A DNA stretch of 24,000 nucleotides. It comes from Ilumatobacteraceae bacterium (lineage in GTDB: Bacteria > Actinomycetota > Acidimicrobiia > Acidimicrobiales > Ilumatobacteraceae). The DNA lies in the NCBI GenBank assembly GCA_047602055.1, contig JASGIG010000001.1:2477750-2501749 (forward strand). Direction: 5' to 3'. A model generated the notes under the pieces. That model worked only from the letters and a program-made list of their open reading frames with translations, searched no databases and was not told the origin of the DNA. The translations under genes were made by a program, and so were the position numbers. This document shows, one piece after another, positions 1 through 7,677 of this stretch (position 1 is its first letter; the number at the start of each line of letters is the position of its first letter).

Positions 1-705
1 CGCCGAGGTGCGCCACGCCTCGATCGCCGGCGTCTCGCGGGGGTCGACGACGACGTCGGCACCAGTGCGCTCGGCCAGCGCCCGCCGCGCCAGGGAGAAG
101 TCGGCGGCGACGATCGGCCCGATGCCGAGGCGGCGCAGCTCGGCGATGCAGGCCAGGCCGACCGGCCCGCAGCCGAGCACGACGGCGCTGTCGCCCGGGG
201 CGATGCGGCTCTTGGCGACGGCGTGGACGCCGACCGCGAACGGCTCGGTGAGCGCGGCGATCTCGACGGGCAGGTCGCCCGGCACCTTGACGGCCAGCAG
301 CTCGTTGAGGACCATCAGCTCGGCGTAGCCGCCGTTGTACCGGTTGGAGTAGCCGAGCGGGTGCATCCCTGTCTCGTCGACGGCCACCGGCATGCTGACG
401 ACCAGGTCGCCGGCGCGCAGGTTGGTGACGCCGGCGCCGACGTCGACCACCTCGCAGCAGAACTCGTGCCCCATCACCGTGTCCTGGTCGGGCTCGAACT
501 GGATGGGCACCCCGTCGTCGGACGGCGCGTCGACGGCCAGCTCCGCGGCCACCTTGCGGGCCTCGGCGCCGTGCGTGAGCATGTGCAGGTCGCTCCCGCA
601 GATCCCGCAGGCGAGCACCCTGGTCAGCACCTGGCCGGGGCCGGGGGTCGGGTCGGGGAGGTCGCCGACGCGGAGCTCCCAGTCACGCATGATCGCGGCA
701 CGCAT
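1..705 (-). CDS. Zinc-dependent (MDR family) alcohol dehydrogenase, N-terminal ~235 codons; 3' end lies beyond the window start
   Basis: The minus-strand frame is open from position 1 to the ATG at 703-705. It is absent from the ORF track because no stop lies in the window. Own translation: MRAAIMRDWELRVGDLPDPTPGPGQVLTRVLACGICGSDLHMLTHG...VMGHEFCCEVVDVG...AVVLGCGPVGLACI. It has the CGICGSDLH and GHE zinc-ligand motifs and the GxGxxG Rossmann motif typical of MDR dehydrogenases. It starts 11 nt after the stop of the upstream nucleoside hydrolase. Confidence 0.8.
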   Translation of the reverse strand, partial: MRAAIMRDWELRVGDLPDPTPGPGQVLTRVLACGICGSDLHMLTHGAEARKVAAELAVDAPSDDGVPIQFEPDQDTVMGHEFCCEVVDVGAGVTNLRAGDLVVSMPVAVDETGMHPLGYSNRYNGGYAELMVLNELLAVKVPGDLPVEIAALTEPFAVGVHAVAKSRIAPGDSAVVLGCGPVGLACIAELRRLGIGPIVAADFSLARRALAERTGADVVVDPRETPAIEAWRTSA

Positions 706-716
706 GGCCGCCGACC

Positions 717-1658
717 TTACGTGCCGGTGTGGGCGGCGATGGCGTCGACGATCACGGCCCATGCCGCGTCCGCGTCGACGCCGACCTGCACCGTGCAGTT
801 CGGCTCCGGCACCTCGACGAGGTCGCGGCGGTCGACGATCGTCTGCCCGCGGGTCAGTTCCCCGGTCGTCTCCACCGTCACGTGCGACGGCGCGGTCGTG
901 AACAGCTCCGGGTGGGTGAGGGCCATCACCGCGCACGGGTCGTGGACGGCGGCACCGAGCATGTGGCGGTGGCGGCCGACGTAGGTGCCGCTGAAGAAGT
1001 CGAACAGGTCGGCGAAGATCCCCGGCACGGCGCCGGGCAGGGCGCGCACCTCGGCGATGCGCTCAGGCGTCGCCTGCAGCTGGTGGGTGACGTCGAGGCC
1101 GCTCATGATCAGCGGGCCGCCGTAGCCGTAGACGACGGCGGCCGCCTCCGGGTCGGCCCAGATGTTGAACTCGGCGACGGCGGTGCGGTTGCCGAACGTG
1201 CCGCCGCCCATCAGCGAGATCCCGGCGATGCGCCCGGCGAGGTCCGGGGCCGATCGCAGCGCGAGGGCGACGTTGGTCATCGGCCCGGTCGGCACGAGCC
1301 ACGTCCCCTCGTTGGCGCGGCAGGTCTCGATGATGAAGCCGACCGCGTCACGGCTGGCCGGCGGGCCCGACGGCTCGGGCAGCGCCGGCCCGTCGAGGCC
1401 GCTCTCGCCGTGGACGTAGCCGGCGTGCTTCGGCTCGGCGACGAACGGCCGCTCGGCGCCGGCGTGGACGGGTGCGTCGAGGCCGAGCAGATCGCGCACG
1501 ACGATCGCGTTGCGCGTCGTCGCCGCCAGCGGCGCGTTGCCGGCCACCGTGGTGATCCCGAGCACGCGGGTGTGGCGGGCGGCGACGACCATGGCGACGG
1601 CGTCGTCGTGGCCCGGGTCGCAGTCGAGGACGATGGCTGGCGGGATGACGGGCGACAT
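717..1658 (-). CDS. Nucleoside hydrolase (inosine-uridine preferring, IUNH family)
   Basis: 313-aa ORF. The N-terminus VLDCDPGHDDAVAMV carries the DxDxxxDD IUNH aspartate signature. High GC3 coding style. Probably co-transcribed with the downstream dehydrogenase. Confidence 0.85.
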   Translation of the reverse strand: MSPVIPPAIVLDCDPGHDDAVAMVVAARHTRVLGITTVAGNAPLAATTRNAIVVRDLLGLDAPVHAGAERPFVAEPKHAGYVHGESGLDGPALPEPSGPPASRDAVGFIIETCRANEGTWLVPTGPMTNVALALRSAPDLAGRIAGISLMGGGTFGNRTAVAEFNIWADPEAAAVVYGYGGPLIMSGLDVTHQLQATPERIAEVRALPGAVPGIFADLFDFFSGTYVGRHRHMLGAAVHDPCAVMALTHPELFTTAPSHVTVETTGELTRGQTIVDRRDLVEVPEPNCTVQVGVDADAAWAVIVDAIAAHTGT

Positions 1659-1694
1659 GAGCCGTCAGCATGCCACCGTTACGCTCGCCGGCTG

Positions 1695-2501
1695 ATGACG
1701 ACCCGGACCCGAGCCAGCCGGCACCAGCTGCGGTGCTCGGTGCTCGGTGTGCTGGCGGTGACGCTCGCCGGCTGCAGCAGCGCAGGATCGGGCGGCACGA
1801 CGGCGAGCTCGTCGATCGCCGACTCGTCGCCGAGGGGATCGGCGGTGTGGTCGGCGCCGACGACGGTCGCCCCCGCGTCGACGGTCACCTCGCCGCCCCA
1901 ACCGATCGACCCGTCGACGACCGTGACGGCGCCGCCGAGCCCGACCGGCGTGCCCGGCATCGACGCCGGCGACGCGTTCTGCGCGGCATGGGCGCGCTAC
2001 GGCGGCACGCTGCAGATCCTCGCCGTCGCCGTGAACTTCGGCGAGCTCGACTCGCTGTCGATGGCGCGGCTGGAGCTGCAGTCGGCGCCGACGATCGTCG
2101 TCTCCGTCACCGAGATCGAGGCCGGCTGGCCTGCGGAGGTTGCCGCTGAGCGCTCCACGGCGATCGACCGCTACCTCGGCCCGTACAGCCGCCGCGCCGG
2201 CAAGGCGCTCGCCGCGCTGACCGATGCCGGCGTCGACACCGGCGGCCAGGCCCAGCTCGCCGCCGCCTGGGCGCAGGTGCTGGCGGCCCACGATCCCGAC
2301 CAGCCGACCGTCACCGTCGACCTCCCGGCCGACCTTGCCGCGAAGGTCGACGCCGGCGCCTCGGCGTTCGACGCCACCGTCACCCCGTGGGGCGAGGACC
2401 CCAGCCTGACCGCTGACCTCGACGACATCCCGCAGACGAAGGCCTACCTCGCCGCCCACTGCCCCGATCTCGCCAGCATCGGCATCGGTGACGACGTGTA
2501 G
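1695..2501 (+). CDS. Putative secreted lipoprotein (unknown function)
   Basis: This is the C-terminal 268 codons of the 729..2501 ORF. The ATG at 1695 gives MTTRTRASRHQLRCSVLGVLAVTLAGCSSAGSG: a basic n-region, a hydrophobic core and an LAGC lipobox, followed by a Ser/Thr/Pro-rich linker. The part of the ORF upstream of 1695 is antisense to the hydrolase gene and is Arg/Gly-rich noise. Confidence 0.65.
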   Translation: MTTRTRASRHQLRCSVLGVLAVTLAGCSSAGSGGTTASSSIADSSPRGSAVWSAPTTVAPASTVTSPPQPIDPSTTVTAPPSPTGVPGIDAGDAFCAAWARYGGTLQILAVAVNFGELDSLSMARLELQSAPTIVVSVTEIEAGWPAEVAAERSTAIDRYLGPYSRRAGKALAALTDAGVDTGGQAQLAAAWAQVLAAHDPDQPTVTVDLPADLAAKVDAGASAFDATVTPWGEDPSLTADLDDIPQTKAYLAAHCPDLASIGIGDDV

Positions 2502-4140
2502 TCCATTGGAGTGGCACCCGCGCGCTTGGAGTGTGGGACGTGCGATGGAGTGCATCTCGCACCCCCGTCGCGCGCCGGCCACTCCATCGCACACGTGGCA
2601 CTCCAAGCGCGCGGCAGGCACTCCATGGGGGCTCGCGGTCGGTAGGCGCTAGGCAGCCATGGTGCCGTCGGGGGCGAAGCTCGGCGTCACGGCCGACCCA
2701 CTCGCCCTCGCACATCGACGCGGCGAGCTGGGCGTCGCTCGACGTGCCCCAGGCCCGGCGGCCGTCGGCGAGCAGGCAGGCGGCGATGACGGTCTCGGGC
2801 ACGCCGTCGCGCGAGTGCATCACCGTGTACGCCTCGATCGCCGCCGAGCCGGCCGCGTCGGGCGCCTCGGCCAGCTCGCGCCGCGGCATCGCGTCGATCT
2901 GATCCTGCGGGTAGGCGTGCTGGAACGGCCGGGCCGGCGGCTCGGTGCTGTAGATCCCGAAGGCGTGCTTGGTGGTGTAGCCGCCGTTCGCCCACACCAG
3001 CCCGTTCGTCCCGGCGCCGCCGCGCAGGTCGTTCATCACCGTGGCGATGGCATGCATCGGGTAGTTGTTCCACGGCCCGCCGGCGAACTGCAGGCCGCCG
3101 GTGCGGGTCAGCTGGCTGTCCAGCGACAGGCCGAGGCTCTGCGCCCCGAGCTCGACCGCTGACGGGAAGCACGAGTACAGGTCGACGACGGGGACGTCGT
3201 CGATCGTCAGCCCGGCCATCTCCAGCGCCAGCCGGCCGCCCAGCTCGATCGCCGGCGTCTGCGCGAACGACCAGCGGTTGGAGATGAACTGGTGCTCGTG
3301 GCAGTCCGTGCCCGACAGCGGGAACACCCAGCGGTCACGGGGGATGCCGAGCGCCTCGGCCTTCTCCACCGAGCACATGATCAGCGCCGCGGCCATGTCG
3401 ACGTCGTTGTTCGAGTTCATCAGCTTCGGGTACGGGAAGCCGATCATCCGGTTCGTCGGCCCGGGCGTGCGGATCTCCTCGGCCGTCTTGGCCTCGCGGC
3501 TCCAGGCGTTCGGGTTGCCGGCGGCCACCTCGCTGAAGCGGGCGTAGAGCTCGCTGATCTTCACCTGGTGCTGCTCGACGGTCTCGCCCGCCGCGGCGCG
3601 GATGGCCGTCTCGAACATCGGGTACACCTGCACCGGCATGACGATGCCCCGGCCGGTCTCGACCGGGTGGTTCATCACCAGGTCCTCGCCCATCAGGCGG
3701 GGGACGGCGCTCTCCGGGGCCTTCTCCCACTCGAACCGGTGGCCCTCCTTGCGGGCCTTGCCACGCGAGCGCCACGCCTCGGCACCGGTGAGCAGGACGA
3801 GGTCGACGTCGCCGGCCAGCACCTCCTTGGCCGTCGCGTTCACCAGCGTCTGGGCGCTGTTGCCGCCCATCGTCGTGACCGCCGTCTCCCGCGGCGACAG
3901 GCCGAGGCGCTGGGCGACGATCAGCGCCGGGTTGCGGTACTTCCAAGTCAGCAGGCCGACGACGCGGACCGAGTCGGCGGCGGGCACCGACGCCAGGCCG
4001 GCGTCGGTGGCGGCCAGCTCGATCGCCCTGGCCATCAGGTCGGCCGGCTCGATCGCGTCGGCGAGCGTCGCGGTGTGGTTGAGGAACTGGCCGGAGCCGA
4101 CGAGCACGGGGGTACGGGGATCAAGAGCCACGACGGGCAC
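2380..4140 (-). CDS. Thiolase-like / acetyl-CoA acetyltransferase family protein. The ORF is given as read; the authentic stop is probably at 2649-2651 (apparent frameshift in the G5 run at 2670-2674)
   Basis: 586-aa ORF. The first ~490 aa are thiolase-fold-like (MPVVALDPRTPVLVGSGQF..., GGNSAQ, SCFPSAVELG, GGPWNNY). The last ~90 aa are Arg/Trp-rich nonsense that crosses the palindrome and overlaps the lipoprotein gene. Dropping one base in the homopolymer gives ...AELRPDGTMAA-TAG. Confidence 0.8.
   Translation of the reverse strand: MPVVALDPRTPVLVGSGQFLNHTATLADAIEPADLMARAIELAATDAGLASVPAADSVRVVGLLTWKYRNPALIVAQRLGLSPRETAVTTMGGNSAQTLVNATAKEVLAGDVDLVLLTGAEAWRSRGKARKEGHRFEWEKAPESAVPRLMGEDLVMNHPVETGRGIVMPVQVYPMFETAIRAAAGETVEQHQVKISELYARFSEVAAGNPNAWSREAKTAEEIRTPGPTNRMIGFPYPKLMNSNNDVDMAAALIMCSVEKAEALGIPRDRWVFPLSGTDCHEHQFISNRWSFAQTPAIELGGRLALEMAGLTIDDVPVVDLYSCFPSAVELGAQSLGLSLDSQLTRTGGLQFAGGPWNNYPMHAIATVMNDLRGGAGTNGLVWANGGYTTKHAFGIYSTEPPARPFQHAYPQDQIDAMPRRELAEAPDAAGSAAIEAYTVMHSRDGVPETVIAACLLADGRRAWGTSSDAQLAASMCEGEWVGRDAELRPRRHHGCLAPTDREPPWSACRALGVPRVRWSGRRATGVRDALHRTSHTPSARVPLQWTTRRHRCRCWRDRGSGRRGRPSSAGCRRGQRSGWGPRPTG
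2503..2628. repeat. Imperfect 126-bp palindrome (about 50-bp arms, 27-nt centre) with three GGAGTG hexamers per arm
   Basis: Left arm 2503-2552: CCATTGGAGTGGCACCCGCGCGCTTGGAGTGTGGGACGTGCGATGGAGTG. Right arm 2580-2628: CACTCCATCGCACACGTGGCACTCCAAGCGCGCGGCAGGCACTCCATGG. GGAGTG occurs at 2508, 2528 and 2547; CACTCC occurs at 2580, 2599 and 2619. The element fills the gap between convergent genes. Confidence 0.85.
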
Positions 4141-4177
4141 CCTAGGAAGCCCGGGTTGATCTCATACACTCCGACGG

Positions 4178-4645
4178 ATGACCAGGATCGCCATCGGGTG
4201 CGACCACGCCGGCTTCGAGCTCAAGCAGCACCTCGCCGGCGTCCTCGCCGACGGTGGCCACGAGGTCCTCGATCTCGGCACCGACAGCACCGCGGCCGTC
4301 GACTACCCGATCTACTGCTCGGCCGTCGGCCGTGCCGTGCGTGACGGCGAGGCCGACCTCGGCATCGTCCTCGGCGGCAGTGGTCAGGGCGAGCAGCTCG
4401 CCGCGAACAAGGTCCACGGTGTGCGTGCCGCGCTGTGCAACGACCTGTACACCGCCCGCTTCGCCCGGCTGCACAACGACGCCAACGTGCTGTCGATGGG
4501 CGCCAGGGTGGTCGGCGTCGGGTTGGCCGAGGAGATCCTGGCGACGTTCCTGGCCACCGAGTTCGAAGGCGGCCGCCACCAGCGGCGCGTCGACATGGTC
4601 ATGGCCATCGAGGAGGAGGAGTCCCGACGTGCCGTTCCCCAGTGA
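4178..4645 (+). CDS. rpiB: Ribose-5-phosphate isomerase B
   Basis: 155 aa. [16 protein letters not shown]...[17 protein letters not shown]...[16 protein letters not shown] is the classic RpiB/LacAB pattern. Divergent from the thiolase-like gene with only 37 bp between the two starts. Confidence 0.9.
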   Translation: MTRIAIGCDHAGFELKQHLAGVLADGGHEVLDLGTDSTAAVDYPIYCSAVGRAVRDGEADLGIVLGGSGQGEQLAANKVHGVRAALCNDLYTARFARLHNDANVLSMGARVVGVGLAEEILATFLATEFEGGRHQRRVDMVMAIEEEESRRAVPQ

Positions 4646-5876
4646 TACCAACCCGGACACGGAGCTGTTCGCGCTGATCGATCGGGAGATCGAGCGCCAG
4701 ACCACCGGCATCCAGCTGATCGCCAGCGAGAACTTCACCTCGCCGGCGGTGATGCGCGCCGTCGGCAGCGTGCTGACCAACAAGTACAGCGAGGGCTATC
4801 CGGGCAAGCGCTACTACGGCGGCAACGAGGTGATCGACGGCGTCGAGGCGTTGGCCATCGCCCGTGCCAAGGAGCTGTTCGGTGCCGACCACGCCAACGT
4901 CCAGCCGCACAGCGGGGCCAACGCCAACATGTGCGCCTACCAGGCGCTGCTGCAGCCCGGCGACACCGTGCTCGGCCTCAGCCTCGACCACGGCGGTCAC
5001 CTCACTCACGGCTCGCCGGTCAACGCCAGCGGCATGCTGTACCGCTTCGTGCCGTACAAGGTGACGCCGGGCGACGAGCGCATCGACATGGACCAGGTCC
5101 GCGACCTCGCCCTGCAGCATCGCCCGAAGATGATCGTCGCCGGGACGACGAGCTACCCGCGGCGGCTCGACCCGGGGCCGTTCCGGGCGATCGCCGACGA
5201 GGTCGGCGCGCTGTTCCTGTTCGACGCCGCCCACCTCGCCGGCCTGATCGCCGGTGGTGCCCACCCGAACCCGGTGCCGTACGCCGACGTCGTCACGTTC
5301 ACCACCCACAAGACGCTGCGCGGCCCGCGCGGCGGCTGCATCCTCAGCCGCGCCGAACATGCCCAGGCCATCGACAAGGCGGTGTTCCCCGGCTGGCAGG
5401 GCGGCCCGCTGGAGCACGTCATCGCCGGCAAGGCCGTCGCCTTCTACGAGGCCCTCCAGCCGAGCTTCGGCGACTACGCCAAGCAGATCGTGCGCAACGC
5501 CAGCGCGCTCGCCGAGGCGCTCGTCGGTCAGGGCTTCCGGCTCGTCAGCGGCGGCACCGACAACCACCTGATGGTCGTCGACCTGCGGTCGTTCGACGCC
5601 GAGCTGACCGGCAAGGTCGCCCAGAGCGTGCTCGACGAGGCCGGCATCACGCTCAACAAGAACACCATCCCGGACGACCCGCGCAGCCCGTTCGTCACCA
5701 GCGGCCTGCGGATCGGCACGCCGTCGGTCACCACCCAGGGGATGGGCGCGGCGGAGATGTCGCGCATCGCCGAGCTGGTCGCCCTCGTGCTGCGCAAGCG
5801 CGACGACGAGGGGGTGACGAGCGCGGCTCGTGCCGACGTGGCTGCGCTCTGCGCCGAGTTCCCGGTCTACGCCTGA
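4629..5876 (+). CDS. glyA: Serine hydroxymethyltransferase
   Basis: This is the C-terminal 415 codons of ORF 4254..5876. An in-frame GTG at 4629 gives [65 protein letters not shown]... and the [14 protein letters not shown]-lysine motif. The portion upstream of 4629 overlaps rpiB out of frame. The start overlaps the rpiB end by 17 nt. Confidence 0.9.
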   Translation: MPFPSDTNPDTELFALIDREIERQTTGIQLIASENFTSPAVMRAVGSVLTNKYSEGYPGKRYYGGNEVIDGVEALAIARAKELFGADHANVQPHSGANANMCAYQALLQPGDTVLGLSLDHGGHLTHGSPVNASGMLYRFVPYKVTPGDERIDMDQVRDLALQHRPKMIVAGTTSYPRRLDPGPFRAIADEVGALFLFDAAHLAGLIAGGAHPNPVPYADVVTFTTHKTLRGPRGGCILSRAEHAQAIDKAVFPGWQGGPLEHVIAGKAVAFYEALQPSFGDYAKQIVRNASALAEALVGQGFRLVSGGTDNHLMVVDLRSFDAELTGKVAQSVLDEAGITLNKNTIPDDPRSPFVTSGLRIGTPSVTTQGMGAAEMSRIAELVALVLRKRDDEGVTSAARADVAALCAEFPVYA

Positions 5877-5884
5877 CGGTCGCG

Positions 5885-6343
5885 GTGGAGCCTGCGCCCC
5901 AGCGGCCGTTGCTGGCCGTGGTCTATGGCCTGCTCGCGGCGATCGTCGCCGTCGTCGCCTGGTGGCTGGCCAGCCTGGGGACGAAGTCGGAGCTGGTCTA
6001 CCTGGCCGTGGCCGTGGGCGTCGCCGTCGGCTACTTCGCCAACATCGGCGCCCGGCGGGGGAGCGCCACGATCGCGGCGATTGCCGTCGTGCTGACGTTC
6101 ATCGGGGCGACGGCCGGCTACTACCTGGTCAGCCGGGCCAGTCTGATCCGCCGGGGCTACGTGCGGTTGCCGGGGGAGCAGCCGATCCCGGCGATGCCGT
6201 CCTACACGCTCGTCCGTGACGTGCTGCGGGTGAACCTGCGCGGCAACGTCGCCCCGTACCTCTACTTCGTCGTCGCCCTGGTCGTCGCCGGGCTGCTCGG
6301 CTGGCGGGGGCTGGATCCCGGCGGGCGCCGGGCCGAGCACTGA
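5885..6343 (+). CDS. Small hypothetical integral membrane protein (about 4 predicted TM segments)
   Basis: This is the tail of ORF 4931..6343, starting from the GTG at 5885: VEPAPQRPLLAVVYGLLAAIVAVVAWWLASLG...YLAVAVGVAVGYFANIG...IAAIAVVLTFIGATAGYYLV...YLYFVVALVVAGLLGW. Its stop overlaps the wecA ATG (TGATG at 6341-6345), suggesting translational coupling. The start codon choice is uncertain. Confidence 0.5.
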   Translation: MEPAPQRPLLAVVYGLLAAIVAVVAWWLASLGTKSELVYLAVAVGVAVGYFANIGARRGSATIAAIAVVLTFIGATAGYYLVSRASLIRRGYVRLPGEQPIPAMPSYTLVRDVLRVNLRGNVAPYLYFVVALVVAGLLGWRGLDPGGRRAEH

Positions 6344-7465
6344 TGCCGTCGACCGCCGCGTACCTGGCGATCGGTGGCGTCGCCGCCGTCGTCACGCTCG
6401 CGCTGACACCGCTCGTCGCCTGGTTGGCGCGGCGCGTCGGCTGGGTCGTGGAGCCCGACGAGCGGCGGGTCCACAAGGTGACCACCCCCGACGTCGGCGG
6501 CATCGCCATCTTCGGCGGCTTCGCCGTCGCCTTCGTCGTCGCCCGCCTGTTCAACTCGTTCGCCCCGCTGTTCGCGGCGAACTCCGAGCCGTACGGCATC
6601 TTCCTCGGCGCGCTGGTGATGTTCCTCGTCGGCCTGCTCGACGACGTCCGAGAGATCTCGGCACCGGCCAAGGTGATCGGCACGGTGTTCGTGTCCGTGT
6701 TCCTCATCTACTTCGGCGTGACGATGTTCTCACTGCCGCGTGCCGTTCGCCGGGGTGATCGTGCTCAGCGACCTGGTGCCGCTGGTGACGTTCGTGTGGC
6801 TGCTGGTGATGACCCAGGCGATCAACCTGATCGACGGCCTCGACGGCCTGGCCGCCGGCATCGTCGCGATCAGCTCGGCGGCCTTCTTCGTCTATGCGCA
6901 CAAGCTCGACCAACTCGGGTATCTCACCCCGCCGAACTTCGGGCCGCTGCTGGCGATCATCACCGTCGGCGTGTGCGCCGGCTTCCTGCCGCACAACTTC
7001 AACCCGGCGCGGATCTTCATGGGCGACAGCGGTGCGCTGTTGCTCGGCTTCCTGATGGCGGTGAGCACGAGCGTCGTCGGCGGGCGCGCCGACCCGACCG
7101 AACAGACGTTGCCCGGCCAGTCGTACTTCTTCTACGCCCCGCTGCTCGTGCCGATCCTGATCCTCGGCGTGCCGATCTTCGACGTGCTGTTCTCGGTGAT
7201 CCGCCGGGCCCGCAACCGCCAGGGCTGGGCGACGGCCGACAAGGGGCATCTCCACCACCGGCTGATGGAGATGGGTCACGGGCAGCGCCGCAGCGTGCTG
7301 ATCCTGTGGCTGTGGACGGCGCTGCTGTCGGCCGTCGTGCTCTACCCGGTGCTCACCGAGAGCGACGTGTCGTACATCCCGATCGGCGCCGCCGCGGTGG
7401 CGCTGGGCTTGTACACCGTCCTCCACCCCGAGATCCGCCGCCGCCGCGGCAGCAACGGCACGTAG
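6343..7465 (+). CDS. wecA: GT4 (MraY/WecA family) undecaprenyl-phosphate GlcNAc-1-phosphate transferase, interrupted as read by an apparent +1 frameshift near 6737-6742
   Basis: The N-terminal ~132 aa lie in the frame of the ATG at 6343 (MPSTAAYLAIGGVAAVVTLALTPLVAWLARRVGWVVEPDERRVHKVTTPDVGGIAIFGG...LLDDVREISAPAKV...FGVTMFSLP). The rest lies in the next frame, open from 6722 (VPFAGVIVLSDL...QAINLIDGLDGLAAG...NFNPARIFMGDSGALLLGF...). The position just before the atp genes matches the known mycobacterial rfe/wecA-atp linkage. Confidence 0.8.
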
Positions 7466-7469
7466 GCCG

Positions 7470-7623
7470 TTTCGACCTCGATTCGCTCGCTGCGCTCGCT
7501 CATCTCGGTCGAGCTTCGAGGAGCGGCCTGCTGCCGCACCCAGCTGGCAGTGCGCCTCACGCACAGCGAGTCGGCGCACGGCGGAGGGGGATCGCGGAGC
7601 GCCCCCTCCGCACCACCCCCACC
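7470..7623 (+). repeat. Interspersed intergenic repeat, full-length copy A (5' module 7470-7543, variable centre, 3' hairpin module 7565-7623)
   Basis: The 5' module TTTCGACCTCGATTCGCTCGCTGCGCTCGCTCATCTCGGTCGAGCTTCGAGGAGCGGCC... matches 21863-21938 with 2 mismatches and 2 single-base indels. The 3' module ...GGCGGAGGGGGATCGCGGAGCGCCCCCTCCGCACCACCCCCAC matches 21977-22019 at 42 of 43 positions, and matches 20781-20836 in inverted orientation. A 10-bp perfect stem pairs GCGGAGGGGG (7581-7590) with CCCCCTCCGC (7602-7611). Confidence 0.85.
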
Positions 7624-7677
7624 TCGCGACGGACGTCGGTGGCGAGCGCTCGAGGGACTGTGGCAGCGTGGGCGGGC

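Noticed and set aside
729-1694. N-terminal 322 codons of the 590-aa plus-strand ORF 729..2501
   Set aside because: This part is antisense to the well-supported nucleoside hydrolase and is Arg/Asp/Gly-rich noise. A lipoprotein signal peptide begins at the internal ATG at 1695, which I take as the true start.
2503-2628. Possibility that the GGAGTG-containing repeats are a small CRISPR array
   Set aside because: The repeat unit is only a hexamer with short flanks, the copies are arranged as an inverted 3+3 palindrome rather than as direct repeats, the spacers are about 13 bp, and there are no cas genes in the window.
4254-4628. 125-codon N-terminal extension of glyA (ORF track start at 4254)
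   Set aside because: It overlaps rpiB out of frame and is Ser/Thr/Ala/Arg-rich with no SHMT similarity. Recognisable SHMT sequence begins right after the in-frame GTG at 4629.
7470-7543. Possibility that the repeat's 5' module is a degraded coding fragment or a tRNA-like remnant. Both full copies translate to ...[16 protein letters not shown].PHP...
   Set aside because: The shared peptide is a trivial consequence of near-identical DNA. The copies sit in different frames relative to their neighbours, there is no start or stop context, and I could not fit a cloverleaf or T-arm consensus. I therefore treat it as a non-coding repeat.
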